In this document: one piece after another, positions 8,751 to 16,646 of the stretch | Position numbering within the stretch: the stretch's first letter is position 1 | How the letters are laid out: each line of letters begins with the position of its first letter | Origin: a virus | Lineage: Duplodnaviria > Caudoviricetes | Direction: 5' to 3' (one strand) | Virus record (IMG/VR): IMGVR_UViG_3300021425_000072 | Coordinates: 1 to 41,030 of that record | Length of the DNA: 41,030 bases | The notes under the pieces: generated by a model | Told to the model about the DNA's origin: nothing | What the model saw: the letters and a program-made list of their open reading frames with translations, nothing else | Databases searched by the model: none | Program-made: the position numbers and the translations under genes

Positions 8751-9575
8751 ATGACAATGAAGATATTAATTCCGACATATAAACGTGAAGAAATGCAAAA
8801 GTGTTATTACGAAATGCCAGAGTCTATTCGTAAAAAGATTATTGTTTGCACGCATAGTGGTCGTGGTAAATTGTTACAAGAAAAAAACCCTGGAATGACT
8901 GTACATGAGTTCGAAGGTGAACTACAGATTCCGAAGGTTCGTCAAGCATGTTTAGAGTTTGATGAAAAGGTTTTAGTGATAGACGACCAATGTATATTCT
9001 GGAAGCGAAACTATGTTGAAGGTAAAATCAAGCATGTTCGCCTATCACAACCAGAAGAATATGAGCAAATGTTCGAAGAGATCGAACGTGAACTTGATGA
9101 TTACTTTTGGGTTGGTCCATCACCTAAAAGCAGCAACACTTTACATAAAGAAAGTCGCTCCGAGATCACTCGATCATATTCCTGCTATGGTTTGAACAGA
9201 GGTATGTTCAGAGAAGCAGATGTACGGTTTACTGGTCTAGAAGAAATCAATCCAACTGCTACTATCCTTGAAGATTTCTATGCCTTACTTGCTATGTTCA
9301 CTAAAGGTTATAAGAATCTTGTGTTACATGATTGGGTGTTTGACCATAAGCATGGAGCGAAGGGTGGCAACTCTGTACATAGAAGGAATGCTAATCAGGA
9401 TGAGTCTCAGAAAGAACTTATAAAATTGTTCCCTCAGTTTGTAAAACAATATGAAAAAGAAAATCCATCGTGGGTTGCCGAAGAAGGTTCTTCTACTCGT
9501 ACCGAAGTTCGAGTTGCTTGGAAAAAATCTTTTAAAGAAAAAGTTACTTCAGATCTTGAAGAGTTTTTTGGATAG
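8751..9575 (+). CDS. GT-A fold glycosyltransferase, TET/JBP-associated type
   Basis: ILIPTYKR N-terminal strand, VIDD, LEDF..LL.MF..G, GGN; lies in the TET/JBP cluster; C-terminal DLEEFFG. Confidence 0.8.
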   Translation: MTMKILIPTYKREEMQKCYYEMPESIRKKIIVCTHSGRGKLLQEKNPGMTVHEFEGELQIPKVRQACLEFDEKVLVIDDQCIFWKRNYVEGKIKHVRLSQPEEYEQMFEEIERELDDYFWVGPSPKSSNTLHKESRSEITRSYSCYGLNRGMFREADVRFTGLEEINPTATILEDFYALLAMFTKGYKNLVLHDWVFDHKHGAKGGNSVHRRNANQDESQKELIKLFPQFVKQYEKENPSWVAEEGSSTRTEVRVAWKKSFKEKVTSDLEEFFG

Positions 9576-9592
9576 ATTGGATATAAGTAATT

Positions 9593-10033
9593 ATGAAAAC
9601 AGGAATCACTGCATCTACATTTGACCTGCTACACGCTGGTCATGTACAAATGCTTCGAGAAGCAAAAGATCAATGTGAGTATCTTATTTGTGCTTTACAA
9701 ATAGACCCTTCTTTAGATCGTGCAGACAAAAACCCACCTGTTCAAACAATCGTAGAAAGGTTTATTCAATTATCAGCAATCAGATATGTTGATGAGGTAA
9801 TTCCCTATGCTACAGAAAAGGATCTTGAAGATATCTTGAATATGTATGATATAGATGTCAGGATAATAGGAGAAGAATATAAAAAGAAAACATTTACAGG
9901 TCGTGCTATTTGCTCAAAGCGAGGGATAGAAATTTATTACAACAAGAGAGATCACAGATTCTCTTCAAGTGATCTCAGGAAAAGAGTTTCCGACAGGGAG
10001 AATAAAAATGTCAAAGACATCAGTTTGGATTAA
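9593..10033 (+). CDS. Glycerol-3-phosphate cytidylyltransferase-like (TagD family)
   Basis: TFDLLHAGH (HxGH), ER..QL..IRYVDEV, RFSSSDLR. Confidence 0.85.
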   Translation: MKTGITASTFDLLHAGHVQMLREAKDQCEYLICALQIDPSLDRADKNPPVQTIVERFIQLSAIRYVDEVIPYATEKDLEDILNMYDIDVRIIGEEYKKKTFTGRAICSKRGIEIYYNKRDHRFSSSDLRKRVSDRENKNVKDISLD

Positions 10034-10160
10034 AGAACAGTTTGCAAAAGAATCACCACGCATTGTCACAGAGTATTCATTACAGAAACAGGTTGATGAA
10101 CTGTTGACTAGAGTAAAACAATTAGAAGAAGATATGGCATATAAGGTAAAGGAAGATTAA
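10008..10160 (+). CDS. Small coiled-coil hypothetical protein
   Basis: GGGAG RBS before ATG 10008; fills the gap before uvsX. Confidence 0.6.
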   Translation: MSKTSVWIKEQFAKESPRIVTEYSLQKQVDELLTRVKQLEEDMAYKVKED

Positions 10161-10163
10161 ATA

Positions 10164-11216
10164 ATGAGTATTATGGATAAACTGAAAAGCAATAGTAAAG
10201 TCAAGGCAACTGAAGTCTTGTCTGACTCTAAGTTTTTCAATGAAAAGGACATGGTGACTACCAGCGTTCCTATGATGAATGTTGCCTTATCAGGTGATAT
10301 TGACGGAGGACTTACTCCAGGACTTACAGTACTAGCAGGTCCATCTAAGCACTTCAAAACGAGTTTCGCTTTGATTATGGCAGCAGCATATCTCGAAAAA
10401 TATAAAGATGCTGTTATGTTATTTTATGATTCAGAGTTTGGTTCGCCTCAAGCATACTTTGAACAATATAATATTGATACATCACGAGTGTTGCATACAC
10501 CAATTACGAATGTAGAAGAACTCAAGTTTGACCTGATCGGGCAACTTGAGGGTTTAGATCGTGATGATAAAGTTATCGTTGTTATTGACTCTGTCGGTAA
10601 CTTAGCATCTAAGAAAGAACTTGAGGATGCTATCAACGAAAAGTCAGTTGCAGATATGAGTCGTGCTAAAGCATTAAAAGGTTTGTTCCGTATGACCACA
10701 CCTTATCTTGCTATGAAAAACATTCCACTGCTTGCGGTGAATCATACTTATATGGAAATCGGTTTATTCCCTAAAGCGATTGTATCGGGTGGTACAGGTA
10801 TCTATTACAGTGCAGATAACATTTGGATCCTTGGTCGTCAACAAGATAAGGTTGGCACAGAAATCAAGGGATATCATTTTGTAATCAACGTGGAGAAGTC
10901 TCGTTATGTTAAAGAAAAAACTAAGATTCCTATTTCCGTTTCTTGGGATGGTGGTGTGCAGCATTATTCTGGTTTGCTCTCCGTGGCACTTGATGGACAG
11001 TACGTGGCGAAACCTAGCAATGGTTGGTATTGTCGTGTCGATCGTAGCACTGGAGAAATGGTGGACCCCAAAGTCAGAGAAAAAGAAACTCTCACCGAAG
11101 AGTTCTGGAAACCAATCCTAGAAGAAACTGACTTTAAAGAGTTTGTAAAAGGTAAATTTGCTATCGGTGGTAATCTTTCTAATGCATTAGAAGATGTAGA
11201 TAACGATGCAGCATGA
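10164..11216 (+). CDS. uvsX: RecA-like recombinase UvsX
   Basis: AGPSKHFKT Walker A variant, YDSEFG, IDSVGNLASKKE, GGTGIYYSAD. Confidence 0.97.
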   Translation: MSIMDKLKSNSKVKATEVLSDSKFFNEKDMVTTSVPMMNVALSGDIDGGLTPGLTVLAGPSKHFKTSFALIMAAAYLEKYKDAVMLFYDSEFGSPQAYFEQYNIDTSRVLHTPITNVEELKFDLIGQLEGLDRDDKVIVVIDSVGNLASKKELEDAINEKSVADMSRAKALKGLFRMTTPYLAMKNIPLLAVNHTYMEIGLFPKAIVSGGTGIYYSADNIWILGRQQDKVGTEIKGYHFVINVEKSRYVKEKTKIPISVSWDGGVQHYSGLLSVALDGQYVAKPSNGWYCRVDRSTGEMVDPKVREKETLTEEFWKPILEETDFKEFVKGKFAIGGNLSNALEDVDNDAA

Positions 11217-11502
11217 GGAAAATGTAACGTACGAATTAGTCCCTAATCCTGTTCACGAACAGGCTTGGGGTGTTCGTATCCTCGAAGGAATGTATAACGA
11301 AACCACCTTACAGTATGGTGCGATTAGTTTCAACGAGGATGGATCTGACACCCTATCGTTTAATTTTGATATTGTAGAATCACCTGATCTTGAGTTATCT
11401 ACCGAAGATGAAGAACTGCAAATTTTTGCAGGTAAACTCCTAGAGCATATCATAACTAAAGCGATCGAAGCAGATGAACTTGAAATGCAAGAACGCGAAT
11501 AA
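11206..11502 (+). CDS. gp40-like head vertex assembly chaperone
   Basis: Small acidic ORF between uvsX and gp41, the T4 position of gene 40. Confidence 0.55.
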   Translation: MQHEENVTYELVPNPVHEQAWGVRILEGMYNETTLQYGAISFNEDGSDTLSFNFDIVESPDLELSTEDEELQIFAGKLLEHIITKAIEADELEMQERE

Positions 11503-11506
11503 TCAC

Positions 11507-11535
11507 TTTACTTTTACAATAGGATATGATATAAT
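11507..11535 (+). promoter_or_regulatory. Early promoter before gp41
   Basis: TTTACT-N17-TATAAT; ATG starts 7 nt after the -10. Confidence 0.85.
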
Positions 11536-11541
11536 AATTAA

Positions 11542-12921
11542 ATGCAAGCAAATATAGAACAAACAATACTAAGAAATATCCTAACAGATGAAAATTTTAT
11601 GCGGAAGGTTCTTCCCTTCATAAAGGCAGATTATTTTCAAGGTGTTTATAAATCACTGTTCAAAGAAGCAGCGAAGTATGTTGCAAAGTATAATCGCCTT
11701 CCTACTTCTGAAACACTTACTATTGAACTGCAAGAAACGACAAATATGTCGGACGATCAGTTTCGCGTTGCTATGGATATTGTTCCACAGTTATTCGCGA
11801 TTGAAACGATTGACGATAAATGGTTGGTTGATAGTACAGAAAAGTGGTGTCAGGATAGAGCAATCCATAATGCGATTATGGAATCAATCTCGATTATTGA
11901 CGGTAAACATGAATCACTAACTAAGGGAGCATTGCCTGATCTTTTATCTAAAGCATTGGGTGTTGCATTTGATACTAATGTCGGACATGACTACATCGAC
12001 AACTTCGAAGACCGATACGAATTCTACCATAAAGAGGAGTCCAGAATACCTTTCGATCTTGAATACTTTAACAAGATCACGAAGGGAGGAATACCTAATA
12101 AAACCCTTAATATTGCCCTTGCTGGTACTGGGGTTGGTAAGTCTTTATTTATGTGTCACGTTGCTTCAGGTGCTTTGGTGGATGGTAAGAACGTTCTTTA
12201 TATCACCATGGAAATGGCTGAGGAACGCATTGCGGAACGCATAGATGCGAATCTATTAAATGTTCCCATAGACCAATTACCAAATATGTCTAAGGATATG
12301 TATCGTACTAAAGTTGAAGATATCGCTCGTAAGACTACAGGTAAATTGATTGTTAAAGAATATCCTACTGGTTCTGCTCATGCAGGTCACTTCCGTGCGT
12401 TACTCAACGAACTGAAACTGAAACGTCAATTTGAACCAGATATCATCTTTATTGATTACCTAAATATTTGTTCAAGTTCAAGAATGAAAGGAATGGGTGG
12501 TGCTATCAATTCTTACAACTACATTAAGGCGATTGCAGAAGAACTTCGCGGTCTCGCGGTTGAGTTCGATGTCCCTGTATTTTCCGCCACCCAAACTACT
12601 AGGTCAGGCTATGGAAATAGTGATGTTGGTTTGGAAGATACGTCTGAGTCTTTTGGTTTGCCAGCTACAGCGGATCTCATGTTCGCTCTTATATCGACTG
12701 AGGAACTGGAGAAGATAGGGCAAATTATGGTTAAACAGTTGAAAAACAGGTACAATGATCCGACTCGTGATAAACGATTTGTTGTTGGCGTTGATCGTGC
12801 TAAGATGCGACTGTTTGATGTTGATGAAAATGAACAAACATTAACTGATGATACACCTGTGTTTGACAAATCTGAAATGCAAGAAAAAATGTCGAAGTTT
12901 AAAGATTTTACGGTGACATAA
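11542..12921 (+). CDS. gp41: Replicative DnaB-like helicase, T4 gp41
   Basis: AGTGVGKS, ITMEMAE, IDYLNI, SATQTTR, SESFGLPATAD, KQLKNRY. Confidence 0.97.
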   Translation: MQANIEQTILRNILTDENFMRKVLPFIKADYFQGVYKSLFKEAAKYVAKYNRLPTSETLTIELQETTNMSDDQFRVAMDIVPQLFAIETIDDKWLVDSTEKWCQDRAIHNAIMESISIIDGKHESLTKGALPDLLSKALGVAFDTNVGHDYIDNFEDRYEFYHKEESRIPFDLEYFNKITKGGIPNKTLNIALAGTGVGKSLFMCHVASGALVDGKNVLYITMEMAEERIAERIDANLLNVPIDQLPNMSKDMYRTKVEDIARKTTGKLIVKEYPTGSAHAGHFRALLNELKLKRQFEPDIIFIDYLNICSSSRMKGMGGAINSYNYIKAIAEELRGLAVEFDVPVFSATQTTRSGYGNSDVGLEDTSESFGLPATADLMFALISTEELEKIGQIMVKQLKNRYNDPTRDKRFVVGVDRAKMRLFDVDENEQTLTDDTPVFDKSEMQEKMSKFKDFTVT

Positions 12922-13154
12922 TGTTTATACAGATTTCAGATGAATATGCGCACGATATTATCATAACGAAATTACAAGAAGATTGGTTAGATATTAACGA
13001 TGATATCAAAATGATTTCTGCTATGAATCGTGCAGGTGAAACGAACATAAGTCTTGATAAATTCTATATGGTAAGAAATTCAATTAAGACCGTTCTTCGT
13101 TACCATATGGAAGAAGATTTATTTGAAGAATGGGAAGATGAGGCAGAAGGTTAA
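12921..13154 (+). CDS. Hypothetical protein
   Basis: 77 aa ORF, translationally coupled to gp41. Confidence 0.7.
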   Translation: MFIQISDEYAHDIIITKLQEDWLDINDDIKMISAMNRAGETNISLDKFYMVRNSIKTVLRYHMEEDLFEEWEDEAEG

Positions 13155-13157
13155 GAG

Positions 13158-13391
13158 ATGTCTATAAAAGAAATATCCCACCACTGGGGTGAACTAGAAT
13201 ATCAAGGAAGAGAAGCAATCGTTTATTTCGATACCAAAAAAGAATTGTTCTTTGTTGAATATTGGGAAGGTGGTAGTAAAATTTCTTCTAGAGAAATGGT
13301 TTCTAATCATGAAGATGGTGGCAGAGTAGTGCATAGTGCTAGATATGCAGAAGATGCCGCAGAAAATTATTGTTTGGGATATATACCATGA
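13158..13391 (+). CDS. Hypothetical protein
   Basis: 77 aa ORF in operon context; ends YAEDAAENYCLG. Confidence 0.7.
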   Translation: MSIKEISHHWGELEYQGREAIVYFDTKKELFFVEYWEGGSKISSREMVSNHEDGGRVVHSARYAEDAAENYCLGYIP

Positions 13392-13648
13392 TGAAAGAAC
13401 TTGATGCTCGTCAGCAACTAATGGTCATCACTATGGAAGAATGTGCAGAACTTCAACAGGTTTGTAGTAAAATTCTAAGACGTGGCACACTTGATGATGA
13501 GTATAGGGAAAAACTTTTACAAGAACTTGGTGATGTATATTGTATGATTGGTTTAATTCAAAAATATGATTTTGTTTCTTGGTCTGAAGTAGAAAATGCT
13601 GCAGCAGAAAAGGAAAAGAAACTTGAAAAGTGGAGTGATTTGATATGA
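13388..13648 (+). CDS. Small MazG-like NTP pyrophosphohydrolase
   Basis: MEECAEL.Q..SK..R...L.QELGDV; ATGA overlap start at 13388. Confidence 0.8.
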   Translation: MMKELDARQQLMVITMEECAELQQVCSKILRRGTLDDEYREKLLQELGDVYCMIGLIQKYDFVSWSEVENAAAEKEKKLEKWSDLI

Positions 13649-13779
13649 ATAAAATATTGAAACGTCTAGGTCTTAAAGATGAATATGGGTATGACGATAC
13701 AAGCATTGTAGGTTTTATTGTATTGTGGTCGGCATATGGTTATGGTTTATATGTATTAGTGATGGAGTTATTCACTTGA
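13645..13779 (+). CDS. Small membrane protein (44 aa, not in the ORF track)
   Basis: ATGA overlap; MNKILKRLGLKDEYGYDDTSIVGFIVLWSAYGYGLYVLVMELFT with one hydrophobic segment. Confidence 0.6.
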   Translation: MNKILKRLGLKDEYGYDDTSIVGFIVLWSAYGYGLYVLVMELFT

Positions 13780-14444
13780 AAGCAAGATTAATTAGTTACA
13801 GTCAAACAGCGGAGAATCTACATGTCGGTAAAGATATCCAAGAACTCATTGCGTATTGCGCCCGTGTCTCGAACCCCTCGAACCAAAATAACGAAAAAAC
13901 GTCCGAACGTTTATTATCCTATCTCGCAAAGCACCAGCACTGGTCGCCTTTCGAGATGGTGTCTGCTTGCATAGAAATAGAAACGACTCGTGATATTGCT
14001 CGGCAAATACTAAGGCATCGTTCGTTTTCGTTTCAGGAGTTTAGTCAACGATATGCAGACCCTACAGAAGATCTAGGGTTTGTTACAAGAGATGCACGTT
14101 TACAAGATACTAAGAACAGACAAAATTCAATTGAACTTGATAGTGAATCAGAACTTCACCACGACTGGATTTCAAAGCAGCAAGAAGTCATTGATAAATC
14201 AATTGAAACATATAATTGGGCAATCAAACAAGGTATCGCAAAGGAACAAGCTCGAGCAGTATTGCCAGAAGGATTGATAACAAGTCGTATGTACATGAAT
14301 GGAACTATTCGTTCATGGATTCATTTCATTGAACTTCGTTCTGGCAACGGAACTCAGAAAGAATGTCAAGATATTGCGATAGCATGTGCTAAAGCTATCA
14401 CCGAAATATTCCCACTGGCAGAGAAGTTCATTGCCAAGTCATAA
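13776..14444 (+). CDS. thyX: FAD-dependent thymidylate synthase
   Basis: HWSPFE, RQILRHRSFSFQEFSQRY, EQARAVLP; likely TTG start at 13776 after GGAG. Confidence 0.96.
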   Translation: MKARLISYSQTAENLHVGKDIQELIAYCARVSNPSNQNNEKTSERLLSYLAKHQHWSPFEMVSACIEIETTRDIARQILRHRSFSFQEFSQRYADPTEDLGFVTRDARLQDTKNRQNSIELDSESELHHDWISKQQEVIDKSIETYNWAIKQGIAKEQARAVLPEGLITSRMYMNGTIRSWIHFIELRSGNGTQKECQDIAIACAKAITEIFPLAEKFIAKS

Positions 14445-14610
14445 AGAAGCACATAGAGTTTTTTGGATGGTCAAAGGATCTTTCGATACTGTGACCGAAG
14501 AAACTGTGTTTGACTGCTATAATAGTTATACAAAAAGACTTTGGTATAACGAAGAAGCATATCGGTATGAAGATGGATTCGAAAAGGCATACGAAAAAAA
14601 GTTTAAATAA
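14431..14610 (+). CDS. Hypothetical protein
   Basis: ORF overlapping the thyX stop; probable TTG start. Confidence 0.55.
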   Translation: MPSHKEAHRVFWMVKGSFDTVTEETVFDCYNSYTKRLWYNEEAYRYEDGFEKAYEKKFK

Positions 14611-14624
14611 AACAAAAAAAAGTC

Positions 14625-14653
14625 TTTACTTCCTTGCAAAAGTATGATATAAT
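14625..14653 (+). promoter_or_regulatory. Early promoter before the cell wall hydrolase
   Basis: TTTACT-N17-TATAAT, A-tract upstream. Confidence 0.85.
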
Positions 14654-14686
14654 ATGTGTAATGAAATTGTCAGAAGAAGTGAAATA

Positions 14687-15229
14687 ATGTTAAAGTATCT
14701 CGCACCAATTATGGCAGTAGCATTTATCGGTGGTTTAGTCACTGGTAAATCTGCATTGGGTAAAGAAGCAATTGCTGCTACATACCATACTTCATTCAGT
14801 GAACAAAAATGCCTTGCAGATAATATCTATTGGGAGGCAAGAAACCAAGAAGTGAAGGGAATGATCGGTGTCGCTCTTACAACTCGCAATCGTGTTAACG
14901 ATGATCGCTTTCCTCATTCATACTGTGAGGTTGTTCAGCAAGGACCTACTAAACCATCGTGGAAAAACACTGACACTCTTATCCCTGTTAGGCATCGTTG
15001 CCAGTTCAGTTGGTATTGTGATGGTAAGTCTGATGACATTCCTGCTTATGATCTTGACGTTTATGAGTTTGCTCGGACCATCGCTTTTAAAATCTATAAT
15101 GGACATTTTGATGATTTTACCGTTGGTGCAACTCATTATCATGCCGACTATGTAAACCCTGAATGGGCATCATCGAAAACACAAACTATAGTAATTGACG
15201 AACATATCTTTTATAGATGGGAAAAGTGA
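14687..15229 (+). CDS. Cell wall hydrolase, SleB/Hydrolase_2 family
   Basis: CLADNIYWEAR, NRV, CQFSWYCDG, GATHYHADYVNPEW, HIFY; N-terminal hydrophobic segment. Confidence 0.92.
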   Translation: MLKYLAPIMAVAFIGGLVTGKSALGKEAIAATYHTSFSEQKCLADNIYWEARNQEVKGMIGVALTTRNRVNDDRFPHSYCEVVQQGPTKPSWKNTDTLIPVRHRCQFSWYCDGKSDDIPAYDLDVYEFARTIAFKIYNGHFDDFTVGATHYHADYVNPEWASSKTQTIVIDEHIFYRWEK

Positions 15230-15230
15230 A

Positions 15231-15557
15231 ATGAGAGAAAATCTAACTGCTGCACCGATTAGAATTAATAATGAACCGAGAAAAGTGAATACTGTTTATG
15301 GTAAAGAAACTTTGAATGTGAAAAGATGTCCTTGTTGCGATAAAGTTTTACCAATCACTGAATTTTATCAACACGGTGAAGGTAAAGCATCGGCATCAAA
15401 AGATAAAAAAGGAACACTTAGATCTATGTGCGTTACTTGCTATGACGGATATGTAGAAGTGGATGGGGAGTATCGCCAAAGAAAAGGTAGATACGATAAA
15501 CCGAACGATAGATATGTTCCTTCAAATAATTTAGAAAGTTTTTATGATGAAAAATAA
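15231..15557 (+). CDS. Hypothetical zinc-finger protein
   Basis: KRCPCC..VLPITEFY...CVTC; ends NLESFYDEK. Confidence 0.6.
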   Translation: MRENLTAAPIRINNEPRKVNTVYGKETLNVKRCPCCDKVLPITEFYQHGEGKASASKDKKGTLRSMCVTCYDGYVEVDGEYRQRKGRYDKPNDRYVPSNNLESFYDEK

Positions 15558-15927
15558 AAGTAAAGAAAAAATTGACAGAAAAACAGTCCGTGAACATTTA
15601 GGGTTAGATGCAATGAAATTGACACCAAGTGACTACTTCGATTCTAAGATCGATTATAAGTTCAACGAAGAAAAGTTAATTGATGAGTTTAAAAAATACA
15701 TTGACTCTACTTATGATGCACACTATTCCAAAGATAAATTTCAAGCAACTGAATTTATCGTTGACGGTGGTCATGGTATGGGTTTCTGTATTGGTAATGT
15801 TTTGAAATATGCACAGCGATATGGCAAAAAAGGCACCCATGAGGATGCCAGAAAAGATTTGTTAAAAGTCTTACACTATGGTCTTATCGCCTTATCCGTC
15901 CACGATTCATCTCGTCCCAACGAGTAG
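15544..15927 (+). CDS. DUF3310-like protein (T7 gp1.7 nucleotide-kinase-related)
   Basis: HY...GFCIGNVLKYAQRYGKK...DLLKVLHY pattern. Confidence 0.75.
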   Translation: MMKNKSKEKIDRKTVREHLGLDAMKLTPSDYFDSKIDYKFNEEKLIDEFKKYIDSTYDAHYSKDKFQATEFIVDGGHGMGFCIGNVLKYAQRYGKKGTHEDARKDLLKVLHYGLIALSVHDSSRPNE

Positions 15928-16024
15928 GAACTCTGTAATTACATTGGTCTGCCATATACACATTATGGAATAGTATAATAATCATTATAACTATCCATGC
16001 AATGACAGACCAAAATAAAAGCAT
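15884..16024 (-). CDS. Small membrane protein (46 aa, not in the ORF track)
   Basis: TAATG stop/start overlap with the 16024-16500 ORF; MLLFWSVIAWIVIMIIILFHNVYMADQC... Confidence 0.55.
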   Translation of the reverse strand: MLLFWSVIAWIVIMIIILFHNVYMADQCNYRVPTRWDEMNRGRIRR

Positions 16025-16500
16025 TATGTAATCAACACATAAGTAAACGCACCAATCATTGTGCCAACAATGACTATAAAAATGAGTGCTTGAAGTAATG
16101 CATCTTGTAGTTCTTTTGACTTCTTTGCTTTTTCTTTTCTAATCCGTAATGCTTCTTCTCTTGCTTCTTGAATACGTTTCGCTCTTAGATCAACGATAGA
16201 CTGCCACGTTCCTACACCGAAACGGTGGTCTATCATTGTTCTCATCTTTTGCATTTGTTCTTGTGCTAGTTTAGCATCAATAATTTCTTGGGCAACTGAC
16301 TTGATACCAAGTTGATCACCAACTCCACCGACACCTGCTTTTTTGGCACGTGCTTTTTGGCACTCTTCTTCACCTTTGAAGAGGTCTTCGATTGTATCAC
16401 CAATCTCACTAATATCTTTTACTGTATCAATGTTACTCTTTATAAAGTCCGTTGCTTGTTTGACAAGTGCTATACCTGTCAGCACTTCTGCGACTACCAT
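16024..16500 (-). CDS. Hypothetical coiled-coil protein with C-terminal TM anchor
   Basis: 158 aa with a C-terminal hydrophobic helix; downstream of the minus-strand TATAAATA at 16566-16573. Confidence 0.8.
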   Translation of the reverse strand: MVVAEVLTGIALVKQATDFIKSNIDTVKDISEIGDTIEDLFKGEEECQKARAKKAGVGGVGDQLGIKSVAQEIIDAKLAQEQMQKMRTMIDHRFGVGTWQSIVDLRAKRIQEAREEALRIRKEKAKKSKELQDALLQALIFIVIVGTMIGAFTYVLIT

Positions 16501-16565
16501 CTCGATCTACCTTTGAATAAGGGTTAGATATATGTCAAGGGGAAAATATAAATCACTCTCGATAG

Positions 16566-16573
16566 TATTTATA
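16566..16573 (-). promoter_or_regulatory. T4-type late promoter (minus strand)
   Basis: TATTTATA on plus equals TATAAATA on minus, upstream of ORF 16024-16500. Confidence 0.7.
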
Positions 16574-16582
16574 AAAAAATGG

Positions 16583-16618
16583 TTTACTTTTATGCCGATT
16601 TAGTTTATAATATAAATA
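16583..16618 (+). promoter_or_regulatory. Tandem early and late promoters before the BMP gene
   Basis: TTTACT(16583)-N17-TATAAT(16606) immediately followed by TATAAATA (16611-16618). Confidence 0.75.
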
Positions 16619-16646
16619 ATCTTTTAAATTCATAGGAGACAAATTT

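Noticed and set aside
6956-10033. Reading the sugar genes as a host capsule/LPS island
   Set aside because: They are embedded among phage replication genes, use the phage promoter motif, and the GT has a polymerase-like tail. A surface-glycan role is less likely, though not strictly excluded.
1-12921. Introns or inteins in gp43, uvsX or gp41
   Set aside because: Reading frames are continuous, motif spacing and lengths look normal, and no intein splice or LAGLIDADG motifs were seen.
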